Shown here: in pieces, positions 27,380-36,817 of the stretch | How positions within the stretch are numbered: the stretch's first letter is position 1 | How the letters are laid out: each line of letters begins with the position of its first letter | Origin: a virus | Taxonomy: Duplodnaviria > Caudoviricetes | Virus record (IMG/VR): IMGVR_UViG_3300025030_000115 | Coordinates: 1 to 59,052 of that record | Length of the DNA: 59,052 nucleotides | Direction: 5' to 3' (one strand) | Program-made: the position numbers and the translations under genes | The notes under the pieces: model-generated | What the model saw: the letters and a program-made list of their open reading frames with translations, nothing else | The model's database searches: none | Told to the model about the DNA's origin: nothing

Positions 27380-29250
27380 TAGTATTCAAAAAGATAATCG
27401 CTAAGGACTGCTTTGCTTTTGAATACTTAGAGTTCGATTTCATTTCTGGAATTCATAGCATTGTAGGGGTTAACGGAGCAAGTAAGACAAGCCTCCTCTT
27501 AGCACTGTCGCAAGGATTGTTCAACAAGAACCCCAAGAACACAAGGATAGACGATGTATCGAATTACATTACAGGCCAGCCTTATGAAATTAAAATCTTC
27601 TTCGATAAAGACGGGGATCAATTTGAAATCACTAACTCCAGAAAAAGTGGAAGCATCAATGTCAAGGTTAATGGAAAGGACATTTCCCTCAAAACCATTC
27701 CACAAAATCTAGAGCTGATTAAGAGGATTATTGGAGACGAGTATTCAACTTTTATTAATGTAACTTACCAAGCCTCTGATTCAGCACTTGACTTGCTAGA
27801 AGAATCCAGCGATGCAGCTAGAAAGAACTTCATCAGTAAGATTCTTAAGTTTGACGAGTTAGATGAAAAGCTGGCTAACTGCAAAGAGAAACTGAAAAGA
27901 CTCAAAGTTATTCACAAAGACAAACAGGATCAACTGAGTCAATGGCAAGGTAATTTGCTGCCAATGCGAGAAGTAGTTGAGAAGGTCGATATTTCTAAGT
28001 TGATTAAAGAGGTAAATCTCAGGCTAAAGGCGAGAGATTCAGCAGATTGGTATAGAAACGACAGATCAATCGCTAAGGTAGAAGAAGCCGCTAAAAGGAA
28101 AGCCTACAATGAGTACAAGAACGCAGTAGCTCAGATAGATATTGTAAGGGCTAAGTTAAGTGCTATTGAAGTGCCTTCTAGGAGTTCTGAGGTTGTTGAG
28201 AAAGAGCTGGTTAAATCAAATGAAGAACTAACTAGAGTACGATCTTCCTATACCGAGGCAGAAAATAAGCTAAATGAACTTCAAGAGCCAGAGTTAACTT
28301 GTTCTAGATGTGGCCAATCGGTAGCCGCAGAGCAAGCCCTTACGATGTATCAAGAAGATGTAGCTAAGTTTACTTCGCAGTTGAATGAAGCAAAACAGGA
28401 ACGAGGTAGGTTAATAAATATCATCAACGAACTCTCAGAACAAAAGAGAGTGTGGTCTGCTATATCTGAGTTAAGTAGTAGGAAAGATATTTTAGAAAGT
28501 GCTTTGGTAGTTGTTGAAGAGGCTGATGAAGCAAGTTACAATAAGGCTTGTGCTGACCATGACTATGCTACTCAGAACTATCGAGAAGCGGTAGAAGCAC
28601 ACACTAAAGCTACAAATGATTTAAACGCAGCGATTAGACACAACGACATGTCAGCTATGATGGAAAAGTTGAACAAGGAAGCAGCTGAGTCTAATAAACA
28701 AGCTACGGTAAGGATTAGCAAACTCACTGAAGAACTCCAAGAAGTAGAAAAGAGAATGGACCTTCTGGACAACTGGACGAGAATTCTTGGGCCTAATGGT
28801 TACAGAGTCCATAGCATGAGCCGGTTCCTTAAAGTGCTAAATCAGACTATGGATAAATATGCCGATATCATTTCAGGTGGGAGGATTAAATGCACCTTCT
28901 ATGTTACTGAAGAAGGTAAAGTAGACTTCTCTGTAGTGGACCCCGATAAGAAAGTGCCGTTCGCTAATTGGAGTAAGGGAGAGCAAGCTAGGGTTAAACT
29001 TGCCTGCCTCTTTTCGGTCATTGAGTTGCTGGAAGTCATGGGGTCTGCAAGCTACAACGTGCTAGTGCTAGATGAAATATTTAGCGCACTAGATGACGAA
29101 GGAAAGGAGGGGTTATTTGAAGTACTTTCTTATTTACGATCTAATGGTAAGTGCATCTACACTATCAGTCACACACCTTTGGTCAATCCTGTGGTGTTCG
29201 ACAGTGCTATTCAAGTGGTGAAGGAAAATGGGTTGGCTAGGATAATCTGA
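27376..29250 (+). CDS. SbcC/Rad50-like ATPase
   Basis: GVNGASKT Walker A, coiled coil with a CSRC Zn hook, WSKGE signature, LVLDEIFSALD, ISH. Confidence 0.9.
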   Translation: MIVFKKIIAKDCFAFEYLEFDFISGIHSIVGVNGASKTSLLLALSQGLFNKNPKNTRIDDVSNYITGQPYEIKIFFDKDGDQFEITNSRKSGSINVKVNGKDISLKTIPQNLELIKRIIGDEYSTFINVTYQASDSALDLLEESSDAARKNFISKILKFDELDEKLANCKEKLKRLKVIHKDKQDQLSQWQGNLLPMREVVEKVDISKLIKEVNLRLKARDSADWYRNDRSIAKVEEAAKRKAYNEYKNAVAQIDIVRAKLSAIEVPSRSSEVVEKELVKSNEELTRVRSSYTEAENKLNELQEPELTCSRCGQSVAAEQALTMYQEDVAKFTSQLNEAKQERGRLINIINELSEQKRVWSAISELSSRKDILESALVVVEEADEASYNKACADHDYATQNYREAVEAHTKATNDLNAAIRHNDMSAMMEKLNKEAAESNKQATVRISKLTEELQEVEKRMDLLDNWTRILGPNGYRVHSMSRFLKVLNQTMDKYADIISGGRIKCTFYVTEEGKVDFSVVDPDKKVPFANWSKGEQARVKLACLFSVIELLEVMGSASYNVLVLDEIFSALDDEGKEGLFEVLSYLRSNGKCIYTISHTPLVNPVVFDSAIQVVKENGLARII

Positions 29251-30767
29251 TGCTAGAAATAAAAGAAATAGATGTAGATAAAATCATAGAGCTAACCATA
29301 GAGATACAGCAAGCTAAATTTTATCCTGCTAAAAGAAAAATTCTCATATCATCTTTAACGTCACTAAAAGAATCTGAGAAATGGTTGCTCACTTTTTGTT
29401 GTTGGCAGTGCTTGTTCAACCCAAGGTTCAAAGCTATAGACGCAGATAAACTCTGTCTGTATGAACCAGCAAAAGCCAACAAAGCTACCTTTCAAGACTT
29501 CCTGAAAACAGTTAAGAAGTTTGACAGTAAAAGAGTCTCTCCGTCCCGTTTAAAACCGCTGCTACAGTTCCTAGCAAACTGCGGCGAGAAGCACCGAAAC
29601 TTTTACCTCTCACTCTTCACCAAGGATTTTATAAACTATTTTCCAGCCCTTGAAATACAAACCTTATTAGACCTAGACAGCATCAGTGGAGAGAAAGTGT
29701 ACGGAGAACCTGAGTACCTAAAGACTAGTTTTTCTGAGCTACGTTACCCCGTATCTCTACGCAGAATATCATCTAAAAAACTGACTCCTTACATTATCGC
29801 TAAAGAGCCTCTGTCAACGATGCTGTTAACAAAAACAGAAGAAGGTTACAAAAGAGTTGTCAAATCGCCTCACATAAAGATTGATATAAAACTTTCAACA
29901 ACTCCTAGATTCGCTGTTGCTGGTTTCTATGATTTAGACACGTATTATCCTACTGACTATTTTAGCTATTGGGAAAGTTGTGCTGTGTATCTTAAAGGGA
30001 TTGATCTTGACCAGCACCTTTATAGCAACCGAATAAGTGACCTAAATAACTTCGTAGATAGGAGCATGTTGGTACACACAGATTCTTCTAAGTCATATTT
30101 TGCAACGTCTGAGCAAGAAGTTATAGACGCTATTGCAGACTTGGCTAAAGGGTCAATGATTTCAGATATCTTAGTTTTGGATTCTGAGAGTACCAGAACC
30201 GGAGAAGCCTACCGAATTACTTGCAGAACTGCTTCAGGTATTATTGAGAGTGTATCTGAGAATTACATTTCTGTGTGGGCTAATGGGGAGTTGGTAAATT
30301 GCTACTACAAATTTGAAGGAAAAGAACAAGCTCTGCTGACTGCTCCTGAATTACTTAAAGATCGTGTTATGGAGTTCTACTACGTCAAAATAGGTAATAC
30401 CGAATACTCCATCGGGAAGGGGGTGTGCTGGCATCGTGAAAGGTGGAGGGAGATGCGGCTGAGAGGGACTAACGTATGGATTGATAAATGTGCGTTGTGT
30501 GGCTCTACTCAACATAAACACGCTAATAGAGGCGTCTGCATTTCCTGCGAAGCCAACCTTCATTACTACTATGATACTTACGGCGTGAATAGTTGGATAC
30601 AACCTAGCCAGCAAATGATTAAGAAACGCTATGAGTCAGTTTGGAAGCCTACCGCTTTAAATTTGGTTAAGTACAGGTATAAAGGGACAACACTAGAAGC
30701 TAATGAAATGGGTGAGTGGAGATTCGTCCAAGGAGATTTAAATGAACAAGAAATTTCAGAAACTTAA
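29250..30767 (+). CDS. Divergent, probably inactive DNA-ligase-fold protein with a C-terminal Zn finger
   Basis: Colinear similarity to 241..1599 (e.g. FLANCGEKHRNFYLSLFTKDF vs LLAKCTEDGANWVCKIISKDL) but no KxDG or EGxxxK; CALCG...CISC near the C-terminus. Confidence 0.55.
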   Translation: MLEIKEIDVDKIIELTIEIQQAKFYPAKRKILISSLTSLKESEKWLLTFCCWQCLFNPRFKAIDADKLCLYEPAKANKATFQDFLKTVKKFDSKRVSPSRLKPLLQFLANCGEKHRNFYLSLFTKDFINYFPALEIQTLLDLDSISGEKVYGEPEYLKTSFSELRYPVSLRRISSKKLTPYIIAKEPLSTMLLTKTEEGYKRVVKSPHIKIDIKLSTTPRFAVAGFYDLDTYYPTDYFSYWESCAVYLKGIDLDQHLYSNRISDLNNFVDRSMLVHTDSSKSYFATSEQEVIDAIADLAKGSMISDILVLDSESTRTGEAYRITCRTASGIIESVSENYISVWANGELVNCYYKFEGKEQALLTAPELLKDRVMEFYYVKIGNTEYSIGKGVCWHRERWREMRLRGTNVWIDKCALCGSTQHKHANRGVCISCEANLHYYYDTYGVNSWIQPSQQMIKKRYESVWKPTALNLVKYRYKGTTLEANEMGEWRFVQGDLNEQEISET

Positions 30768-31164
30768 AGATAATATGACAGATGAACAGAAAGAAGCTGT
30801 GCTAGCTAAATTGAAAGAAGCCAGAGAAGAACTTTACAACATGTCTCAAGAAGATCTGATCGAATTGCATAGAAGTACAACTGCTAAATGTCTGGAAGTT
30901 ATGATGAAGAAGAACAATGATTATACTTCTGGCGGCAGTGTCTTTGCCAACTTTAATGGTTCAACTATTCTAGGAGTTCACCCTGTAATCGGGATTCTTC
31001 TAAGGTCTATGGACAAGTTTAAGAGAATCCAAACCTTCGTAACTACCGGAGGGCTTGCTGTAGAAGGCGAAGGAGTTTTGGACGCTATAGATGACGTGGT
31101 AAATTACATGATACTTGCTAAAGGGATTATCATTGAGCAGCAACGCAGAGGTAGTAATGACTAA
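30742..31164 (+). CDS. DUF1599-like nucleotide-modification-associated protein
   Basis: KKNNDY, FANF, RSMDKFKRI, EGVLDAIDDVVNY. Confidence 0.72.
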   Translation: MNKKFQKLKDNMTDEQKEAVLAKLKEAREELYNMSQEDLIELHRSTTAKCLEVMMKKNNDYTSGGSVFANFNGSTILGVHPVIGILLRSMDKFKRIQTFVTTGGLAVEGEGVLDAIDDVVNYMILAKGIIIEQQRRGSND

Positions 31165-31321
31165 AAATGACTGTAGTGTTATCTCGTACATAGATGAAGA
31201 ATGTTCATGTGTAAGAACTTTTAAGTATTGGTACCTAGGAGCAGCGCAGCAGAAAGTAGAGGCTCTAAAGAAACTTGGCTATAAGTATGTATGGTGTTTT
31301 AAAAACAACCGTCAGGTGTAA
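31157..31321 (+). CDS. Small hypothetical protein
   Basis: GAGGT RBS; overlaps the upstream stop. Confidence 0.5.
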   Translation: MTKNDCSVISYIDEECSCVRTFKYWYLGAAQQKVEALKKLGYKYVWCFKNNRQV

Positions 31322-31333
31322 AAAGGAAAGTTA

Positions 31334-31867
31334 ATGATTATAGGTATAGATCAATCCAAGCGAAGCACTGCCGTTGTCTGCATGGATTTGGCTGGTAGGT
31401 TAGTTGACTTCCTTCTCATAAATCCTCCTAAAGAACTTGACGGAGAAGTTCTTATAAGTTATCAATGGGACCTTATAGATAGTTTTGTGAGTGCTTACCA
31501 AAAGGATTTGAAAGGTATAGCTCTGGAAGGACTCAGCTTTAATTCTGTAGGCTCTGGTAAAGACTTGCTTGCAGGGATTTTTTGGGCAGTACGGCTAAAC
31601 CTGTACAAGAAGTTTCCTGAAATACCTGTCGGAGTTATTCCTTCTGCAAGTTGGCGTAGCGCATTTATTGACAAAGAGAAGCGGAAGAAGATTAAGGAGT
31701 TGGGTATTAAAGATGGTCTGAAAAAGGCTACTGTAGATGAACTTCCTTTCGAGGTACGTGTTAGGTTTGAGAACTATATTCGTGAGAACGGAATTAAGAA
31801 AGAGGCTCTTTGGGATTTGGCTGATGCGTTTGGGATAGCGAAGTATCGTTTGAGTTTGGAGAATTAA
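31334..31867 (+). CDS. RuvC-like Holliday junction resolvase
   Basis: IIGIDQS, IALEG, DLADAFGIA. Confidence 0.82.
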   Translation: MIIGIDQSKRSTAVVCMDLAGRLVDFLLINPPKELDGEVLISYQWDLIDSFVSAYQKDLKGIALEGLSFNSVGSGKDLLAGIFWAVRLNLYKKFPEIPVGVIPSASWRSAFIDKEKRKKIKELGIKDGLKKATVDELPFEVRVRFENYIRENGIKKEALWDLADAFGIAKYRLSLEN

Positions 31868-31895
31868 ATTTGAAAATTTGGTAGGAAGGTGTTTT

Positions 31896-32795
31896 ATGGG
31901 TTCGTTTAAAGATTTAACTGGACAACGGTTTGGTAAATTAACTGTATTAGGTAGGGTCCATAAGACAGCGGGTAATAAGAGAACCAAGTTCTTATGTGTA
32001 TGTGATTGTGGGAACCACTCCGAAGTTCTTAGTCAGAATTTAACTAGTGGAAAAACTAACTCATGTGGATGCTTGGCTCCTTTACCTGAGGAGGCTTACC
32101 TCAACAAAACGTTCAATGCACTTACGGTAGTATCTAGAGTTGAAAGTAAAGGCAATAGTGTAATGTTACTGTGTATGTGCGCTTGCGGTAAAACTAGTAC
32201 TGTTTCTTTTAGTAATCTGAAATCAGGCAGTGTCAAATCTTGTGGGTGTGGTATCCATAGGGCTTTAAGCACCACTACTATAAATACGGATTACCCCTTT
32301 CGCACCAAAAAGAATCACGATATGGTAGGAATGGTTGTAGGGAAACTAACAGTCATTTCTAAAATTGGACCGAGAGGTAGAGATACCTACTGGTTTTGTC
32401 TCTGCGAATGTGGCGGTACAACAGAAGCCACTACCCACTACTTGAATAAAGGACTAAGGCTTTCATGTGGATGTTTGCACCACCGGACGGGCAAAGATAA
32501 TCCTACGTATAGAGGAAATGTGCCTCCTATTAGGGGAGGTTGTGATTACGAGTCATGGCGATCCTCAGTTATGCAACGAGATAATTATACGTGTGTTTCT
32601 TGCGGGGCTAAAAGAAAGATACAGGCACACCATATTATGTCCTTTAACAAATTTGGCGCATACAGATTGTTGGACATTAACGGAGTTACCTTGTGCAAGA
32701 AGTGCCACAAAGAATTTCACGGCAGCTATGGGTATGGAAATAACACACTTGGCCAGTTTTTAGAATGGCAACAACTAAAAGGATTTAAATTATGA
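31896..32795 (+). CDS. HNH homing endonuclease with three Cys-rich repeats
   Basis: 3x (G.LTV...C.C.CG...SCGC); C-terminal RDNYTCVSCG..QAHHI...NGVTLCKKCHKEFH. Confidence 0.85.
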   Translation: MGSFKDLTGQRFGKLTVLGRVHKTAGNKRTKFLCVCDCGNHSEVLSQNLTSGKTNSCGCLAPLPEEAYLNKTFNALTVVSRVESKGNSVMLLCMCACGKTSTVSFSNLKSGSVKSCGCGIHRALSTTTINTDYPFRTKKNHDMVGMVVGKLTVISKIGPRGRDTYWFCLCECGGTTEATTHYLNKGLRLSCGCLHHRTGKDNPTYRGNVPPIRGGCDYESWRSSVMQRDNYTCVSCGAKRKIQAHHIMSFNKFGAYRLLDINGVTLCKKCHKEFHGSYGYGNNTLGQFLEWQQLKGFKL

Positions 32796-33382
32796 CCAGT
32801 ATAGCAGAAACATTCTTCAGTCAAGAACTTGGGGAAATGACTGACGATTCAATTCGCAATTTTTCAACTTATGTCTTAGATAATGCTCCAAAATATTTCG
32901 TGCTAATAAGTGCTAGCTCGACCGGGAAATTCCATCCCAGACAGTCTAATCAAAAACCTGGAGGACTAGTAAATCATACTAGAGCGGTGGTGTATTTTAT
33001 AGGCATACTTTGTAGAGGCTACAGCATTGAGGGTAAAGCTAAAGATAAGATAGTAGCTTCGGGCTGTTTTCATGATATTATAAAGCATTCGCAGCCTATG
33101 CAGAAATACTCTACTTCTTATCACCCAAAAGAGGGAGCGGACTTTGTATACTCCCTCTATAAAAAATATACAGCAGATGGTGGGGTAGTTGCAGAGGAGG
33201 ACGTTGTAGATATTTGCAGGGCGATTTGTCACCACTCAGGTAAGTGGACCGAAGAAAAATACCGCAAAAAATTTCCAGAAGAATACACTACACCAGAACT
33301 TATACTGCACCTAGCAGATTTAATCTCGGCGGGTAAAGAAGTAAACCTAGAGTTCCTTGAGCAGTCCTCTCTGATAGGTTAG
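32792..33382 (+). CDS. HD-domain phosphohydrolase
   Basis: ASSTGKFHP, GGLVNHT, FHDIIK, HPKEG, HHSGKW, HLAD. Confidence 0.82.
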   Translation: MTSIAETFFSQELGEMTDDSIRNFSTYVLDNAPKYFVLISASSTGKFHPRQSNQKPGGLVNHTRAVVYFIGILCRGYSIEGKAKDKIVASGCFHDIIKHSQPMQKYSTSYHPKEGADFVYSLYKKYTADGGVVAEEDVVDICRAICHHSGKWTEEKYRKKFPEEYTTPELILHLADLISAGKEVNLEFLEQSSLIG

Positions 33383-33415
33383 CTCAAAAAATTCTCCAAC
33401 AAGGAGGCAAATAAA

Positions 33416-33586
33416 ATGGTTAATCAAAGCGATAACACAAAAAACAATAAACTAAAAGACCTTTACCAGCAAGCCAAGGAGGTTGAGGAGCGGTTGACTT
33501 CTCTGTCTAAAAATCAAAAGTACCTTCTCAAGAAACACGAAAGGCTGTGTAAAGAAATTATAAGGGAGGAAAAGAAACGTGGGTAA
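33416..33586 (+). CDS. Small basic coiled-coil protein (56 aa, not in the ORF track)
   Basis: AAGGAGG RBS; overlaps the dUTPase start. Confidence 0.55.
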   Translation: MVNQSDNTKNNKLKDLYQQAKEVEERLTSLSKNQKYLLKKHERLCKEIIREEKKRG

Positions 33587-34025
33587 TATTAATGTAGCTG
33601 TAAAAAGAACTGAAGGTACTAGACACCCGCTACCTTCCTATGCAACTGAAGGGAGTGCGGCAGTAGATTTCTATGCTCACGTAGGTGGGTCTGTAAGGCT
33701 GTTTACTGGGGATAGGGCACTTATTTCTCTAGGTGTGTCTATGGCTATCCCTAAAGGTAAAGTACTTCTACTTACTCCTAGGTCTGGGCTTGCTTTGAAA
33801 AAAGGCGTGACACTTACAAACTCGCCTGGGGTAATTGATTCTGATTATAGAGGTACTATCGGAGCCATTGTGCAGAACCTTGGTGATGACCTGCTAGTAA
33901 TTACAGATGGGGATAAAATTTGCCAAGGGGGTTTTTATGATTACGAAAGAGCAACATTTGAAGAAGTCGATGAACTGGATGACACCGAAAGAGGCACTAA
34001 CGGTTTCGGAAGCACAGGGGTCTAA
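33579..34025 (+). CDS. dut: Trimeric dUTPase
   Basis: PRSGLA, GVIDSDYRG, GDKICQ, RGTNGFGSTG. Confidence 0.95.
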   Translation: MGNINVAVKRTEGTRHPLPSYATEGSAAVDFYAHVGGSVRLFTGDRALISLGVSMAIPKGKVLLLTPRSGLALKKGVTLTNSPGVIDSDYRGTIGAIVQNLGDDLLVITDGDKICQGGFYDYERATFEEVDELDDTERGTNGFGSTGV

Positions 34026-34773
34026 TATTTATACTCCTAAACTTATTGGCAGGAAAACCTCTTGGACAACTAAACAAACTACCGAAACAAGTAACTGCAA
34101 TCACCGACCAGAGACTACGGGAGATTTGATTCAGGACATTTACAGAGAACACCTTCAACACAGGCAAATCATAATCAACGAAGTAATCACCGACCAGTCA
34201 GTTAGCACGGTAGCCCTTCAGATTATGAAATTCAATGAAGAAGATGATGAAAGAACTATGTGTGAGGTAGGCTATGATAGAATGTCTAACCCTATAACTT
34301 TGAAAATCTCTTCTGACGGTGGGCATGTAGATGCTGGTTTAGCTATTATTTCACAGATCGTTTCAAGCAATACTCCGGTAATTGGCGTGGCGGTTGGTGA
34401 TTGTTCCTCTATGAGTGCTTTAATCCTTATAAGTTGCCATGCCAGATTTTGCAGTAAATATGCTAGAATTATGCTACATAGCCTGTTCGGGGGCAATGCA
34501 GATAAATTTAAAGGACTGACTGAATATGCGGAAAATGTAACTAAAATCCAAGCGGTTCTGGATTCTATCGTTACAGATCGTACTCTGATTACCCAAAAAG
34601 AGCTGGATGAAATGCACGACAGAAAACGTGACTGGTTTCTGAGCAGCAGTGAGGCGGTAGAGTTGGGGGTAGTTGATGAAGTACTTGAGGTAGGAATTCA
34701 AATGAGTCCTATGAAAGCACGGAAAAAGAATGTGAAGGCTGCTGGTAAAGGGAAGGGTAAGGTTGAGGATTAA
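33907..34773 (+). CDS. ClpP-like protease (true start probably downstream of 33907)
   Basis: ISSDGGHVDAGLAI, CSSMSALIL (Ser), IMLH (His), RDWFLSSSEAVELGVVD (Asp). Confidence 0.82.
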   Translation: MGIKFAKGVFMITKEQHLKKSMNWMTPKEALTVSEAQGSNIYTPKLIGRKTSWTTKQTTETSNCNHRPETTGDLIQDIYREHLQHRQIIINEVITDQSVSTVALQIMKFNEEDDERTMCEVGYDRMSNPITLKISSDGGHVDAGLAIISQIVSSNTPVIGVAVGDCSSMSALILISCHARFCSKYARIMLHSLFGGNADKFKGLTEYAENVTKIQAVLDSIVTDRTLITQKELDEMHDRKRDWFLSSSEAVELGVVDEVLEVGIQMSPMKARKKNVKAAGKGKGKVED

Positions 34774-34817
34774 TTTGTTTGGGGAAGGATTTAAGGTTGG
34801 ATTAAGATGTAGTTAAG

Positions 34818-34849
34818 GTAATAAAAAGATAGTGTTTTAGGTATATAAT
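34818..34849 (+). promoter_or_regulatory. Phage-specific promoter GTAATA-N17-GTATATAAT
   Basis: Upstream of nrdD; same spacing as the other copies. Confidence 0.65.
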
Positions 34850-34917
34850 TAAGTGTCACTAAAAGGGGTGGGTCAAACTGCCCCTTTAATTTTAACTTTA
34901 GTAAAGGGAGTTTTAAA

Positions 34918-36816
34918 ATGTACATTCACACCAGTAGTTATGATAAGGAATTTGTAGAGCTGATGGAGTACCTCAGAGGTAAATATCCAGCTAAGTTGTT
35001 CGATGTAGACGGCATTGGGAAGCAGCTTGATATGTGCCAATTCTCCAAGGATTTTTTTGCAGCTACCACTACCGCAGATGCTAGTGTGGATGCCAACAGT
35101 AATGTTGTAGATGTTAGTAATATCACCTACAACACGGAATTACCTAAGCCCTTTTTTAAACTTAATAGCTATTTCATTCTTTGGAAAGAGATGAGAAAGT
35201 TGTACGGGTCCGAAGTGGCTAACTCAGCTATAGAAAAACAAATTACAGGAAGCCTATATTTTCATGATGTACACGGTATTGCTTCGGCTATGAGTTATTG
35301 TTTTAACTACTCTACTTATGACATTATGCTTCTAGGGCTCCCTATGGTGACTAAAATAAAGTCGGTCCCACCTAAGCATTTGTATAGCTTCAAGTCTCAG
35401 CTAGAGCAGTTCGTAGTGCTTGCTGCTAACAGTACCCTAGGAGCTACTGGACTGGCTGATTTATTTATTGTAATGTCTTACTATGTGGCTAATATTTTAA
35501 GAACTAAATCAGATGCTGGCTTTAAATTTAGTACAGAAGAAGACTGCTGGAAATACGTGGCAGAGAATTTGGTATCTTTTATATACACCATCAACCAGCC
35601 GCTAAGGGCGTCTCAGTCCCCATTCACTAATGTCAGTATTTATGACAGTGAATTTTTAAGCAGTCTCTGTCCTAACTACATATTCCCAGACGGCAGTACT
35701 CCTAATATTAGTATTGTTAAACAGATTCAGGAATTGTTCTTAGATATTATGAACGAAGAAATGAAGAGAACCCCAATCACCTTCCCAATATCTACCGCCT
35801 GTTTTGCAGTAAATGAGGACAAGGAGATTATTGATGAAGAGTTTGCAGAAATTATTGCTAAGAAAAATCTAGAGTTTGGTTTTATCAATATATATTGCGG
35901 AAAATCTAGTACGCTCTCTAGTTGCTGTAGACTCAGAAGTGACACAGAGCACGAGTATTTTAACTCTTTTGGGTCTGGTAGTACTAAAATTGGGTCTCTA
36001 GGTGTAGTAACTGTAAACCTGCCTAAAGCCGCTGTGGAGAGTAATAAAGATCGTACCAAATTTCTGGATGCTGTAAGGAACTTAGTAGGTACTGCTGCTA
36101 GAGTTAACCACACTAAACGAGCGGTAGTAAAAAAGAGAATAGACCAAGGCATTCTTCCACTCTACTCATTAGGCTTTATGGACTTGAGTAAGCAATATTC
36201 CACAGTCGGAGTTAATGGCCTGAACGAATGTTGCGAGCTGATGGGTTATAATATTTTGACAGAGGAAGGCCAAGAATTTGTAAGTAGAATACTTGAAGTT
36301 ATAAATTCTGAAAACGATAAATTCCAAAAGGCTTACAAAACTCCACACAATACAGAGCAAATTCCTGGAGAAAACGTAAGCATTAAGTTGGCTGAGAAAG
36401 ATAGAATGTTGGGTTTTAATGACAGGTATGACCTTTACAGCAATCAGTTTATTCCGCTCACTACTAAAGCAGATGTTTTAGATAGGATAAAGCTGCAAGG
36501 TATTTTTGATAGTCAGTTCTCTGGAGGAGCCATCTGTCACGTTAACGTAGAACAGAAAATAGAAGACTACCGACAAGTTGTGGCTTTAATTAAGTCTTGT
36601 GCTAAATCTGGGGTAGTATATTGGGCGATCAACTTTAATATTCAGAGATGTGAAGAGGGTCACATGTCCGTAGGAAAACTAGACTACTGTTATTGCGGAG
36701 CTAAGATCACTGATAATTTTACTAGGGTGGTGGGGTTTTTGGTCAACGTTAAAGCTATGGCCCCAAAACGTAGAGAGGTAGATTATCCTAATAGGCAGTT
36801 TTATAAGGAAGTGTAG
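34918..36816 (+). CDS. nrdD: Anaerobic ribonucleoside-triphosphate reductase (no ATP cone)
   Basis: YFHD, YCF, SQSPFTN, TFPI, SSCCRL, EQIPGE, FSGGAI, RVVGFL glycyl-radical loop. Confidence 0.93.
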   Translation: MYIHTSSYDKEFVELMEYLRGKYPAKLFDVDGIGKQLDMCQFSKDFFAATTTADASVDANSNVVDVSNITYNTELPKPFFKLNSYFILWKEMRKLYGSEVANSAIEKQITGSLYFHDVHGIASAMSYCFNYSTYDIMLLGLPMVTKIKSVPPKHLYSFKSQLEQFVVLAANSTLGATGLADLFIVMSYYVANILRTKSDAGFKFSTEEDCWKYVAENLVSFIYTINQPLRASQSPFTNVSIYDSEFLSSLCPNYIFPDGSTPNISIVKQIQELFLDIMNEEMKRTPITFPISTACFAVNEDKEIIDEEFAEIIAKKNLEFGFINIYCGKSSTLSSCCRLRSDTEHEYFNSFGSGSTKIGSLGVVTVNLPKAAVESNKDRTKFLDAVRNLVGTAARVNHTKRAVVKKRIDQGILPLYSLGFMDLSKQYSTVGVNGLNECCELMGYNILTEEGQEFVSRILEVINSENDKFQKAYKTPHNTEQIPGENVSIKLAEKDRMLGFNDRYDLYSNQFIPLTTKADVLDRIKLQGIFDSQFSGGAICHVNVEQKIEDYRQVVALIKSCAKSGVVYWAINFNIQRCEEGHMSVGKLDYCYCGAKITDNFTRVVGFLVNVKAMAPKRREVDYPNRQFYKEV

Positions 36817-36817
36817 T

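Noticed and set aside
30742-34025. Hypermodified-base (e.g. dZ, 7-deazaguanine, hmU) pathway from DUF1599 + HD + dUTPase
   Set aside because: No PurZ, Que/Dpd or hydroxymethylase gene in the window; these genes are common in unmodified phages.
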